Positions 11,680 to 26,106 of a DNA stretch of 64,000 nt are shown one piece after another. This DNA is from Raillietiella orientalis (taxonomy: Eukaryota). Below the pieces are notes generated by a model. The model ran no database searches, was not told the origin of the DNA, and saw nothing but the letters and a program-made list of their open reading frames with translations. The stretch lies in assembly GCA_036172245.1 (NCBI GenBank), contig JAYWIR010000025.1:1364001-1428000 (forward strand), in the 5' to 3' direction. A program made the translations under genes and the position numbers. Position 1 is the first letter of the stretch; each line of letters opens with the position of its first letter.

Positions 11680-14600
11680 GTGAGCCAAAAGGACGGTCAC
11701 AGAGAGGCATCAGACGCTAACAGAAGCAGGCGAGCACGCGTCCAGGGAACTGGCTCCTCCATTCCCCGCTAAAGGAGTGCCCGATGTGCATGGCAACTGT
11801 TTCAGGATCTCTGGGGACCCAAGAGACGGCTAACTGTCAAGGAAAGTGAAAGTTACCGGAAAGAAGTAGGAGCACATCAGGAAAGAAACGATGTGCTCAA
11901 ACACGCAGTGTTTCCCGGGACGCCTACTGGAAAAATCGGATTGAGACACCGCCTGTGATGGAGGGACTTTGAGAAGTCTCGGAAAAGATTGAAGAGAAGA
12001 AGCAGACGAAGCAAATATCTTCTCCTCTTCTTTTTTTTTTTTTTTTACATTATTGCATCTTTTTTTTTTTTTACTAATTGCATGTGCAAAATTTCTTTAA
12101 AAAGCATTTCGTGGTCCACCGTAGGATACTGCTTTGATGTTTCGTGGAAAACACCATCACATCGATCGTCTGTTATTGTTAAACTTTGGAGGAAAGGGGA
12201 GGATTCGTTCCTTTGAGAATCTTTGTTAGGGAAGGCAGGTCCAGCGAAGAGTCAAATGATTCACATTGTACCACTGAGGTCTCCTCGGGGCACGACTTAA
12301 CTTGGCACGACCCAACGGGTATGCGACTTTCAGTATGAGGTCAATACATCGGAACTTCAAGAAGGTATTCCCTCGGACAACGTGACGTCACAACATCACA
12401 TTACGAAGAACCCCGCATATGCAAAGGAAGCTCCCGCGATTCAAGCTGCCCAGAAACGAAGTTACGAGTTGAGTTTCCTAGAGAAAAGTGTGTTAGAAAG
12501 TGGAAATATTCTGAGCTCTCTGATGTGCGCCAACTGGGTGGTGTGGAGAGATTTACTCCTTCCAGCAGACTACACTCGGGTGGACTGAGGGTGGGCAAAG
12601 ATTTTCAAACCACGTTTTTATTTGGGCACTTCAGTTGGACTCCAGCGTCACGACAACCCGTGCCATGTGACACCCGGAAGGAGCAGGAAAGAAAAGGATG
12701 GAGTGGATGGAGTCGTGCACTTGACTTGAGGCATTTGGGTTCTCGCGGTGGTGCTTCGATGGTTAATGATAGTGTCACATTGGGGTCTTTCAAAAGTTCA
12801 GTTTCCAATGACTTTGATCTGGATGAGATGTTTTACTCGAAGGAGTGTCCGATGCTGCATGGCCAACCATAGTGACATAGCATCGCTATCTGGTGCTATG
12901 GCACCACAGCTGCACATGCAGCAACAGGACCAGCATAAAGTGCATCGATATGGATTATATGAGCACAGCATCACTCAGAGGGTTATGTAACATTTCATTA
13001 CCATGTGTAATACATCACAATTCGCTTTGATTGCTCTTTGTACAATGATATGTAATCTCAGCAACAGATATCAGTAGCTGAATACCATTTAATGGATGAC
13101 AAACTTTTAGTTAATTAATCATCAATTTAATAAGTCATACCGTTCAGTCATTGCTAAAACACAATTTATGCTATTTGTTCAATCCCATCTCCTCTCTTTG
13201 GTTCGCAGTATCGCTTCAGTTATCCACAATCACTTTGTCCGGTGAATGGATAAATTTTTAATGGGAAGCCCCAGGAGGAAACGGCCCCTTTAATAATTTG
13301 CAAACTAGTTCATCCCTGAAGATTCATGTTGTCGCGTCATAACACCAGTGCCCGGTACCCTGGGCAAAAGGACAGTGGAGTTCTATCTTCGGAACGTTGC
13401 TAGGATATTTCGAGAGAATTCGATCATTGACTCAGTTCCGTCGCAGTTTTCTCGCATGGTTATGGATGCAGCTCCTTCATTTCCGTTCTTCGGATTCCGT
13501 TGCAGCTCGCAACTTCCGTTCGTATCACCTGAGAGCCTGGAATGATTTCACAAATAGAGAGTTTCTGTCATTCCCCCAAAGAGACAGTCAGCTCTGCTAC
13601 TAGAGGGCCAACCGGGCCACGACCCGACCACCTATTCCTTCACTACGACCTGTGCCCATGGGTCGGGAAACGAGAGAGATTTCCATCGACCCTGCTGGAA
13701 TTCGCGGTATGCCCACGCGACGAGGGACCTCCGTCTAAGGCGTGGCGTCTTCCAGGAGACTGTACGAAGCCTCCCAGCTGCGGCGCAACATCTCTGCCAA
13801 TTCCTGAAGCCTCTCAGGAATGAGTCCAGGGAGAACCTCACATCGGTGATAAACGCAAACTCATTCGTGGCTATAAGTCACCAAGTGCAAATATGTGACT
13901 TTTGCATACTTTTCTGATCAAAAGAAAATAGGTAACAAAAATCTCATTGGACCTCACGAAAGGAATAAAAAAAAAAAAAAAAAAAAACCCTCAATGAGGA
14001 ATTTTGAGAAGATGCTTTGAAATGTCGGCAGCACCGCACCTTTCAGTAGGAAAATTGGCAAAGCATACGGATATCGGAAAATCAAAGTTCTTGAAACCTG
14101 TTTCTTGCATGCCATCTAACGCACATGACAAACGAAAGAGCTCGCATGCCGACACCTTGGCAACACGAGGATGGTTTGAGGTACGCGAATGCACATCTGC
14201 TCATGTTTTTTGTGACGAAGCTGCCCAGACGATGCTTGCGATGTAATTCTTTCGCTGTTGAGGAACCAAGTCACTTTGCTGTTACGACCGAGCAGCCGCA
14301 TTCTGACACTTCTTTGCGTGGCGACACTGAGAAGTAGAATTTAGGGTTACACACCACAATCCTCCGTTGTTTTAGGACATTACCCACATGCCTGTCAAGT
14401 TTATTATTTTGTTGGGCAGTGAACAATTTCTTTCGACAGCTACTTATTCTCGGGACCTATGGAGTCACGCAAGCATGGATGAATGCTGATCCTGCATCTC
14501 TCACCCAGTGAGAAACAAACCGAAGAATGGCCACGGTCGGTGTCGTCTCTTCGGTTTCTTACGTCGCCTGTTGAACACGCATCGGGAAGTACAAGCGGTA

Positions 14601-17600
14601 CGTTCGAAAGCTCGGAAAGTTCCTCACCTTCCTTTCAGTAAAAACGGGGCTTCAAGAGGTGCTCCAACTTTGGAAGACATATCGGATTCATCTCATTGGA
14701 CTATTAGAAAAATCACATTCGAGCATACACTTGGCTAAAAAAAAATGCGACGTGTTCATAGTTCCTGATGACACAAGAACTGACCATAATTTGAAATGAA
14801 ATAATGAAAGCTGGTTGAAACGAAAGCACCAACAGAGGTAAACCTTGTTATATCTTTCGCATAGTTTTTTTTTTTTTTTTTTTAAGAAAAGTCAACTTGG
14901 GAACAGTGCAACTGCTGTTTACTTGAGATGGAGCATTACGTCAGGTTCCTTCGATCACTCACGAGATACAAATATGCAGTACTCATGGTTGCACTTTGCT
15001 GCTAACTCATCTCCTTTCATCCATCGAAACTGGTAGATCGAAAATAGATTAAAGCAGACACAGGCATCTCTTAGATAAACTAATAATGTGGATTTCTCCA
15101 GGGATGACATCTTCATCAACGCTGCCTTGAATCATGAGCTTCACAAGATAGCAAGGTTCGAAGGCATTGCCTAGGTCGAAAAATTTTGTGCGTCTGCTGA
15201 TACCGAATATCTGAAACATTATTTAAGAAATCCAGTTTATCTCAGTAAATTTGCCACTAATAAGATTCTGTCACGAAAGATTCAGACAAAAGTTCGTTTT
15301 CCGACCATGGTCCCTTGCTTTTGGAACTTGGAACCTCAGCAATTGGGACTTCAGCATTTCTTAGGTGTCAAGAGTTCACTTGTACTGAATGCTAATTTGA
15401 GAAGAACAAATTAATAAATAAACATAGATCCATGCGCAGATTATCTAAAGACGATCATCTAAAATCACCAGCTCCAGGATGCTGCCACCTTTTGCGAATA
15501 GACCAAACAAAGTGCCACAGCGTACTTGGAAATGTGGTCATAATTAATGTTAAGAAGAACTATGTTCATGAAACCGAGCACAGAATAATTTATTCGTCCG
15601 ATGCCATTAATTAACGTGTGTTTCCGTTAACGCTTGCAGAGTTCCCGAGAGCATTATTCTATTCACTTGGCTTTTAGATTGCCTGAAGCTTCTATCTGCT
15701 TCCTTTTGCGTCAAAAGTCGGTTGCGATGAAAAAGAACAATTGAATTCGACGAAAAGGAATCCCGTCGGTATGCCCTTCTCTCTCACGGACAAATTTGCT
15801 GCTTGGTCCAGATGTAAGCTTCATAGGAACGGTGTAAAATATGGATTTTTATTATTCTGTGCATTTTCAGTTGCTTTCCTCGTATGAGTGCGTTCAGGAT
15901 AATGATGACGGATTTACAGGAACAAACAACCACCAAATTAGAAAAATTTTCTTCTGCTTCCGAAACCAGACTCTGGTTTGCATAAATTCTGGATGGTTTC
16001 GGCTAGAGAGAGGCGGCTAAAAGGAGATGCGCGTCCCTGAATTGCATCATCTGATGAGTTCGACATTGTGTTTCGATTTCAGTAACTTCAGCGAACAGCA
16101 TACTGTTAGTTGACCACAGGTGAGCCACAGTTCTGGAATTTCTCCCTCAGTTTACGAATGCTGGTGGTTTATTGCATCCTCGACAAGCAAACCCAAAGCG
16201 GTTTGAGCCCTTTGTTTCATTGCCTGCATCAAATGAGTGACGGAGTCCCTTGGCTCAGGAAATATGTGAAACTGCAGGCCGGGAAAGGGGAAAAAAAAAA
16301 ATTCATGTTTATGGCCGTACACCGCTGTTGCGTGCGTGTGTCAAGTGACCACCGACCACTCAGCAAACTTCGGCCGAGTGGTCACTCCTTTCCTCAAAAG
16401 TGAAGTGCATTTTCACTCTCCTGCCGTTGATCAAACGAATATCGAAGGAGTGGTGATACACAGTGATGTTGAATTTGGGTTTGGAAATCAAGACTGCCGG
16501 TTCCTGCTTGGAGATGTGAATCAAAAAGTATGCAGCAGAAATATGTTCCCAAGAAAGGTACGACCACGAAGACATAGCTGAAGCAGCAGTGCAATAATTT
16601 AAAAATATGTAACGATGGCCTAAGGCCGTGGCAAAGCTAAAACTCACCAAAATATTATTTCGTATTTCATGCTTCCAAATAACACAATGAACCTTATAAA
16701 GGGAGAAGAAATGGAAGTTCAATTCCCGGAAGTCATGATTCAAATATCAGTGTGATTATTTGATAACATGATATCATCATTTAGAGACATCAGGCTTGCA
16801 GCGAGGCAGTTTCAGAGAATAATGTCCTCTGTCAATTTTTTTTTTTTTTTTTTTTTTTAAACTCCTCCTCCACCCCCGAAAAGCTGTTTTCTTTTTGGTC
16901 TATTAGAGTTATTCAAATTTAGAAGAACGAAAGATGAAAGGTGATTCGTTTTCTGAACACGTTACCTGCATGAAAGGAACTTGTCTTGCTTTGAACACTG
17001 GATCCAAAGTACCACCACGTGGCAGACGAAGAAGTAAACCGTACAAAATTCCAAGCTCCTCAACTGTGAAAGGAATCCATTTTGAGAAGACTTTTGAAGA
17101 AGAAGAAAAAAAGTGCATTTGTGAATGAAACTGAGACGGAAAAAGGCAGCATATGCAATGCACAGAATCTTCGGTTTCAGCAGCGACTAGAGAGGATTCA
17201 TCTTCTAAAATTCGCAGTGGGAAACTCCGAATTAATAATAAAATCTCCGAATGAAAGAATTTAACGATGCTCCGAGTTAGCAATGGGTGCCTTTTTGGAT
17301 TTCCTCTCAAATTTTCATCCGAAGGATGCAGGAAAGTTTCCCACTCATAGCTTTGCGGAGAAAGAATTAGGAATTTCCATTCAAAAGACGTTTCAAATGA
17401 GCACAATGCATCTCTGTGTGTTTATGGTAACCCTGAACGACCTTACACTTCATTGGGATTACTGCCTTCTGCCCATTTACTGCTCCGTTTGATTTAAATA
17501 ACGTCAGCATTTACTGGAAAAGAAAAACTCCGTTTCGAAATGTTGTAAGGCATCTTACTGACTAAAATGGTTCTCTTGGATGATGGGTATCTCGCAAAAA

Positions 17601-20600
17601 TCGCAATTAAAAGAGAACTGTCGTCAAGAATATCAGGAAAAGTCACCAACGGCTGGCATCAGCTGCATACTCTTATTCTGTGAGTGTGTGTGTCTATGTG
17701 GTTTTTTTTTTTTTAGGGCAAACCCATATATTACAGGCATGCCTGAAGAAAAAAGTCACTAAAATTGATTTTGATGCCGCCCGTCATCATAAATCAATGC
17801 GCTGATCAAAACTCGCATTTCATCTTACCTAGCATTCCAGATGCTCAAGAGCCGACTCGATTTCGAGGTTAAAAGTGTACTCTGAAATGCGAATGGAGCT
17901 AATTGTTTATCCGGAAGCCTCTGGACCAGTCAATCTTCCCTTTGAATACCCCTGCGTTTTCAATAAGCAAGTCTTCGTGCTACCACCATTACCGCGCGTG
18001 TTGCGCTGCAAGACTCGAAAGCGGGAATGCTATTTATTTTAGAGACATTCCGTGTTGTTCCATGGTGAAGCTGGAGGTCCATTCCATAACGGGACTCCTC
18101 GAGCAACTCGAAAAGCTCGTTGTGAAAAAACAATTTTTCAATGCTTACAATCACTTTGCAACCGTTGCGTTTCTGTTCTTATTCATCGACTTGCTATGCA
18201 CTCTTTTTTCTTTTTTTATGAATACGAAGCAAGCACCTTCTAGTTACATCTTGCACTTCAGTTGCTTTACATAGGGTAAGTCGGTAGTAGCAGTGTTCGA
18301 TAGACTTTCTGCGACCTCGATGTAATTCGTATGTTAAATTTGCCGTTTTGTCGTGGACCTTACTATTTTGTGCTCAACCCTTTTACTTTTTTTTTTATTG
18401 GACGTGATCCTTATCTGCACGAGCCCATCCACAACCTCCTCTAATGAAACTCTGAAACCAAAGCTCTTAACTCTCCCACATTGTCCAAGGTATTTTTTTA
18501 ATGGCAGAGAAATGTTCTCCTCTTGGATTTATTTGCTGGAACTCGGAACTAGCGTCAGGGGATCGAGATATACAACTTCGCTGGAGTGTCTAATGAGAAT
18601 TGGCTGCTTTTGACTACCTCGAGATCACGGGAGTTGTCGTGGAGGAATCTTGTCTTCGTCAGATTTGAGGCACTGGTACACTTTCCTGCTTCGTGAGGTA
18701 CGCCATGCCCCAGTGCAACCGATCTTCAGGATGTTACAAAAAAACAAGAGTTCTTGGTCGAAATTGTGGTTAGGGATTCGAACGAGAGCACCTGAGGGGG
18801 CTCATGGATGGATGAAGATGACCGCTGCCATCCTCCAGTACTACTGATCAACTTGAAAACTCAAAGAAGAAGCGAAATCCCCGTATCACAAACACACGCA
18901 AGCTAAGAGCATTCGTCCCGTGAAGGGGAATCCAACCGCCTTCAAGATGTTTTTAAAGCATTACAGTGAGGCCGATGCAAGAATTGTTTGAGATCGTGCT
19001 TCCCCAAGCTCTTCCATGGTAACGCTCTACCGAAAGGACCTTCACTGCTGGAAAATTTTGCTCGTCCCAGAAGGTGAACTTCCTCCAAAGTCTATTGGCA
19101 ATTAAGAAACAGTGAGGTGATGATCTCTTTGAGCCTTTTAGCAAGTAATCTTCGATCAGTGGAAAATGGAGTCCAAGTGGGTCTTTATCGAGAGTGCTTC
19201 ATTTCTCCAGGTGCATGCCGACGGATTTCTTCTCAGTCATTTAAAAATCCGACTGACAGTCAAGCAAACACGTTTTGAATGATCAGTTAAAGCCTTGTTC
19301 CTTGGTTATTTTTTGCTTTCATTGGATTTTCGAGTTTTAGTTTTCTTCATTTTTGTTTAAAATTGCTATTCTTTGCGGCCATCAACGCGATCAAGACAAC
19401 TTCGTATGGTCCCCATTTGAGAGAAAACACTTTCTTCACCGCTGTGTTTTTTCTTTTGCTAATATTTTTTCTTGATGCTGCCTTGGACACGCGCATTCAC
19501 TTAGAACACGGGAAGCAAAACTGTGGTGATGTGGTTTCATGACTAGTACCCAGTCAAGGTCACGTCTCATCACATGCGAAACTTCAAACGTGAGGCTGAA
19601 TGGCAGAAAGGCATTCCAAGAATCAGATAACCAGAGGAGAACTGGAAGAGCAAAAGCAAGGACAAAAGCACGAAGAATTGTGCGGAGACGCACCCGCGAC
19701 TTCGTGACGTCACGGGCATCCCAAGGCAAACATTTCCAGGACTCGCGGATGGGCCCCACGCAGCACAACTGTTCCCACCACGATTCCAAAATCTGGTAGC
19801 TTCAGGAATCCGCATGTACACAGTGGAATGATAATGAACGCTGCCGCATTCAAAAGCCGTATGTACGTTGTATTCCGTGTACAGGAAACATTCCATGGGC
19901 CTTTCAACCACACCCTTGTTTCCTGATAGGGGGAATGGTGTTGTGCTGCACGGTCTGCATTGTGGTGGTTTGATTTTCCGTGCGGAATCTCACCCTTCGA
20001 GCTCGCTGCTAAAATCTCGTCGGGAAATTCCGCCCAGAATTATCCATCTTTCACATTAAGGGACTTCTGTCAACACGTCCTCCTGCGATGTTTGCGAATG
20101 TTTCTTTAGATCGTGCTAATTTCGGAGGGGGAAAAAATCATTAAGGCCCAATCTTGTTAGCGTGTAAGTTATGTAAAACAGGAAAAGCGGTTTGAGCAAA
20201 TGGAAAAACACACACACGAAAAAAGTTCTTCCCGGGACATTTCATTTCAGCATTCCCTCCAGGCAAAAACGTACGGATGTGGAAGGAACGGGAACGAATT
20301 CACAAATTTGAGACCCTCTTAGTGGAATCGGAAATTCGCCTTCTGCTGGAACTGCATCTCATTAACCACCACGACATGAAATTACGAATGGGGGTGAATT
20401 TGCCCTCCCCAAGAAATGTTTAGAAACGAAATCCATTTGGAATGGCGAATTTCATTTGGGAAATTTGAGGGTGCCTCTCTTTTGATGCAAAGAGATGCGG
20501 AGGAGTCGAATGAACGAAATTATTCCATTTGCAGTGTAATTTCGAAGAAGATTTATTGCCTCTGGCTATTGATAGGAACCAGCAGCCCCCTTTCAAATGA

Positions 20601-21474
20601 CTGCTGGCATAGCAGCATTTGTCTATTTGTTAGCAGATGTAAAATTCTAACAGGAAAGTTGGTTTCCATCGCTGATGAGGTTGCTGAATCGAATTCTAGC
20701 CCTGAATTATGACACGAGCAATGAATCTTGTCAGCTGACTCAACGCAGGAAACTCGTATCCGTGTTTGCACGGGGTTTCACTTATTTCAGAGAATACTTC
20801 TGGCTGCAAAGATTCCGCCTGCTTCGAAAGGAGCTGCAGCATCCAGGCATCGGCAATGGTGCTTTCCCCAGAAGAGAAACTCCCATTCTTTTTATCGTGC
20901 TTCGCTTTTCCCGCAAGGGACGGTTTCTCCGAAAACTTGGAAAGATGTGTGAGCGCAAGACAAATTACTCTTAGCTTTGGCTTCCCCTCTCAGCTCACCG
21001 TTGAGGAGGATTGGCTTTTGTCGTTTTCGTGATCACTTTAGCTAATGAGAATCTCAACAGCTTACTACAAGACTGGAACCGACTCCGGCTTTACAAAAAG
21101 TCTTGGATTATTCACGAGTATATTTACGAAACCATCGAGGCAAATCCATGTCACCATCACCATCGTTGCTAGGAAACAAACCTCGCTTTTCAGCAGGATT
21201 CTAATCCTGACTAACGAGCTTCCCCAGTTCAGAGACCATCGGATCGTGATATTTTTTTTTGTGAAATAATAACACACCTCATCATGTCCTCCACTCAGTT
21301 GACTGGTGTCGGTGTCCACGTATCCGACACCGCCTTCAATACTAGAAGAGTAAGTGGATCCAGCTTGCAAATCCCAATGGCAGCCCGAAAACCCCGCCAG
21401 GAAAAAAAAGAAAAGGAACACCAGTCTGGTGTTCTCCAAGATAGCAGCTTGAGCAAACCTTACGGATAGCTCAC

Positions 21475-21611
21475 TTGTGGATCTTCGTTAGTTCAAGGAT
21501 GAAGTGATGCATCAAAGTTTCGCGGATCTGCGAGTAACAACACGTTTGTCGCTTCTCATCTTCCAGACCTGCGGGTTCGCAAGCAAACTCTTATGAAGCA
21601 GATCATCGCTG
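21475..21611 (-). CDS. Two candidate short exons (21611-21569, 21527-21475): SDDLLHKSLLANPQ/IRETLMHHFILELTKIH
   Basis: TTCAG and CGCAG acceptors, GT donors (the second is GTGAGC), in-frame join across a 41-nt intron. Confidence 0.3.
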
Positions 21612-24600
21612 CTGAATGGCCGTATCCTTACTTGAAAGAGAGAGTGATCGTATTCTGGAAAACCAAAGCTCGCATTTTCTGATTCGGGATCTCTTAAAAT
21701 GTACCGTGAATGTAAGGTATTCCCCTAGAATCAATACTTTGAATCGTGACGCACATCCAGCTAAATGTCTATCGGACGAATTGGGAGCTCACGGAGAAGA
21801 ATAGAAAACTTGACTGAAGTTGCTCCATTTTTAAGAGACACTCTAGCGAAGGTGCAAGGGAACCAAATTTCGAGAAGATTCCATCGATACTATTGGCAGA
21901 GGACTCAGTGAGTATTAACAGCAACTCATTCGAGATCTCGGACTACTAAAAAAATACAGACACAATAAATTGCAAACATTAGGAAACTTAATTTCATGAC
22001 GTGCAAATGAGAGAGAGAGAAAAAAAAAAGACTCATTTTTTTTTTTCCCTTATCTTTTTTGGAATATTGCTGTTGCCTTTCTAAGCTGAAGCAAAAGCTC
22101 GTTTCCACCTATGGAGCGGATCGTGTCAGTGGATGATATTACATGTTAATATGTGAATGCTGTGCTTTTAACTGATGGCAAGATGTTTCACTAGTTTTTG
22201 GCAGGAATCCTGTTAGTTTAGAAATGGCAGGAAGGGCAATTTGCCCATGTGCGTCACGTGAGTGAACGTGAATGGAGCGGATTTGTACGAATCATCTGGA
22301 CATCCCTCTTCGCGCTGAGCACGTGAGAAGACGGAGCTGAGCTACGAACAATCTGCTAGAGGTCTTCAATGGTTTTGAGACACGTGGACTTCCAGGAAGG
22401 CATTTGGTTTAGAAGGAATTCTGGATGGAAACGCAAGTCGAGAAATCCATAAGAGGCGGCTCGAATGGAAATACCGGAAAAGAAATCATAAACAACATCG
22501 GACTAAAAGTGAATTGAATTGAAAGTGAAGGTGAGGAGAAACAGTGGATGAATAGAAGGCCATCCAGCAGACAAAGAAGAGTTCTTGCAGGCTCATGGTA
22601 ATTTTTTCTAGTCGTTACAGGCATTGCAGACGTCTCGCAGCCAGCATTCATTCATCTTTGAGCTGATGGGATGCGATGGAATGCTGTTAGCAGAACGTCT
22701 TTCGCAGGAAGCTGCTTCGTCGGCTACCAGGCAGCGACGAAAACGGGCAGCAGTCCGATTTCCAACCACTCTCAGGTGTTAACCCGAGCCACTTTGAATA
22801 CCAGACGAAGAAAAAACAGTCCTTTCCGATTTCTTGCAGCAGACGATGCAATGTATGCATAATGAATCTGAATGAGGATGGCACGGGACGTCTAAATATA
22901 GCAGCCAATTAGCTGTCGAGAGAGCAGGTAACAGCTGAAAAGCAGGAAATCCTTCATTCACAAAGTCACGTTCCTTCTGGTGTTGAAGTTTGCTTTACAA
23001 ACGTTGAGTTTGGTTTGTGAAAGACCGCGAACATTCCATGGACGGAAGCACAGCAATCGCTTTGTGTGAACTGTCCCAACTTCCTTTCTCGGGAAACAAA
23101 TCTGGATGCATACTTTACGATGGCTGAATGGACATTTCCTTTCAGAGCATTTCGGGGACTAATTTGGCCAGCCTCGCAAGCACTCAAACACCATCTTTCT
23201 ATAGTGGAGTTGTGAAGGTACAGCAACCTGGATGGAAAAAAAAAAAAAAATGACCGTAGCAGAAGAAAGTGTCCTCAGTGCTTCTTCACATCCGCTTCTG
23301 TCCAGCAAAGGGAAATGGTTCAGAATGATGCCGCTTGGTTAAAGGCATGAGACATGAGCGGCTGCAATGATTCGAGGTTTAAGGAGTTCGAGGAATCACA
23401 CAGCAAAGGAATTCTGGGCGGGTGCGCTTACGGTGAATCGAAACCTTGGATTCTCAAACACAGCAAGAAGAACAGCATCTTGAATTTTCTATTCTAGGGA
23501 TCCCAACTTCCTCTACGCTGGTGAGAAAGAGTGTTCCAGTCTAATCTCGGAGTTTTATGGCTTTCGTCAGCTAGCGGCGAACCCGAGAGCATGCAGAGAG
23601 GGGAGAAATGTCAGTCTTCAGTCTGCAGCCCCTGAAACACAGTCACACGTGACGTAATTCAAATCTTCGACTCAGAAAGAGCCCAGATTTCCATTTGCAA
23701 GGGCCACATGCAAATTCTGGTGGTGGGAGAATCTACTGGATCATTGAACTGAATTCGTGTTGAGTGTGCTTCTCTGTGTGCTTTTTTTCTGCTAAGGAGG
23801 AAAGGTCTCTTGCGGATTCCAAAGTTCGTTCTGAAACTGAAGTAGCGCATGGAGTTCCTTGGGAAGATTTTGTGAAGCAAGCACCTGGGGAAGATGCACG
23901 TACAAAGCCCATGTCCTTCCTACTGCTTCTTCATTGTACCTCTGAAAATCGCCTCGAGCATCTTGCCGTATGAGATCCAAGATCATCTTCAGCAGGAAGT
24001 GAAATTTATTTCGACCGCGAGCACCCAGGAAACAAAATCGCATCTGTACCATTGGAACCCCATCCACACATTCTTGCATGCGTCATTTGCAAGAAGTGCA
24101 CATTTCTGGCAGAAGATTATTTTATTTTTTGTCTCGTGCTGCTTGTTGGATTGATCTCAGCTAAAGAGTCCTGACACTCAGATGCAAGAGCACCCGAATA
24201 TTTTTCAAGCAAGGAACTGTACTCAACCTGCTGTACGCATGCATGCGTGTACGTTTACGCGTTTGTACGCGTAGAGAAGTCAACTCTGCAGTTTCTCCTA
24301 CAAAAGTTTGTAAGCTGGAATAGAAATTTATCAGATAGTCCCAGAGGCTCTCATGAATAGGTGGCCTTGGCTACTGAAAAGGTTTTGTGTAAGGCCATTC
24401 TAAATGCTCTTTCAGCCCACGAATGAAAAACAAAGCATCCCGCACAGTTCGCAGAAGAGACCTTCAATGGTAAGATTCCATTATGAAGCCTGAAAACTCT
24501 TTTGAATTCAGGAACCAAAAAAACATTATTACTATCGGAGGATGCATTTTGCGTTATATTTCATAGTACATGGGACCTTGGGGATGTCATGCAATCGTTG

Positions 24601-25986
24601 AGGTCGGCATGGCGATTGCGAATTACCACATCGCGGAAGTTTGGTTTTCAGGAGCACAAAGATGCACGAGAGCGTGCTTGCGTGTGACGGAACGCAGGGC
24701 ATTCCAGAGATGCGGAACTTCTTGAAAGCAATCCCGATCGAGCTTTCAGAGGGAGTCAACAAGCAGGCTCCACCGAAGGAGACTGGACTTTTCCGGGACT
24801 CGGCGATCCGTAACCAGCTGCCAAGACCGAATTGTATACAAGGATGCTAAAGGCGGGTGGGTGCGGTTCGCAAGTGAAGACATCTAGGAAGCAGACACAG
24901 AAAGCATGAACACAGTGAGGGACGTCGTTATGCACCATGCGACTCGCCGAGATGTGGGTCCCACGGAAGCTGCCGACAGCAGCATTGGCTTCTCTGTAGG
25001 GTGTGGATTACGCAGGCCAGCTGTCATTTTGGTGTTTTCATACCTAAAATCTCTCAAGTGGAATTCTTCGATAAGAGAGCTTGACGATGTTTTCCGTTTT
25101 TTTGTAAATGTCTGCTTCCAGTTCTGAAATGCTCTTCCCCTTTTGTGTGGCATCGTTATTACGGTCATATGCAGACGGGCCGGCATAGAGGAGATAAAAC
25201 TGATGAATAAGTGGGTTTACTCTGTATCAACTCTCTCTCTCCCCCTTTTTTTTTCTTCAACTCGAAGCATTGTTTCCAGTCAACTTAATCGAGTAACCTA
25301 TGAGGAATGCCTATTGAGCTCTTTTGAGTGACGTTGCTCAAAGTGACCCCCTTTCAGACTTCGACAAAGTATTCAGGGAGAACTAATAGGTTGGTATAAA
25401 TCTTATACAAGGGCAAGAAAAGCCACTTTTCTTTTTTTTTCTCTTTTTTAAACAAAAAAACAACTTTATCTTTTTCACTTAGCTTTTCGTATTCTTAATG
25501 GAAAGGTAAACGTGCTTGAGCAAAGACCTAGAGAAGCTTTAATTCCTTCCTGTTCGAAGAACTTCCCGTGTCACCGTTAACCACAGAGTTGCACCGTTCA
25601 GGCCCTCCAAACAGTCAAACCTGGAGATCCGAAGCGTGGTACTGAATGAAGGACACGGGCACTCTTCCTTCTTTCACCGGTAATTTGCATCTGGGATATC
25701 GCGTTTTTGAACGCTTGCATCCAACTAGCAACGGGACGGCAGTTCCGGCTACTTTCGCCTGCTTCACTCTGGAGACACGCAAGTCCGTAAGGGTGGGATT
25801 ATCTGTGCAGCGCAGATGAGGAAACGGGGGAGCCGGAATGGGAATTCGGGACTATCAGCAAGGAGCATCTCTCTCCCCGGAAGAATCACGTGATCCTGTT
25901 GTCTCCTGGTTTTGTTTGGTTTACCATTAGTAGCCGTTTTAGGCGGGCGGCCGATCAAGTCGCGAAACCTGCAATCAAAAGCATGC

Positions 25987-26035
25987 TATATATATATATA
26001 CATATATATATATATACATACATACATATATATAT
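25987..26035. repeat. (TA)n/(TACA)n compound microsatellite
   Basis: Read directly from the sequence. Confidence 0.9.
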
Positions 26036-26038
26036 GGC

Positions 26039-26106
26039 ATCCTTAAGCAAAATACATACATACATATATATATGTATGTATGTATGTATGTATTTTGCTT
26101 AAGGAT
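26039..26106. repeat. Palindrome with microsatellite centre
   Basis: ATCCTTAAGCAAAATACATAC... is mirrored by ...GTATGTATTTTGCTTAAGGAT; the right arm has two extra TGTA units. Confidence 0.85.

Noticed and set aside
15150..15190. RT-like FFDLGNAF peptide on the minus strand
   Set aside because: No other reverse-transcriptase motifs (QG, YADD) were found nearby.
18774..18783. Isolated B-box-like GTTCGAATCC on the minus strand
   Set aside because: No convincing A box or tRNA stems.
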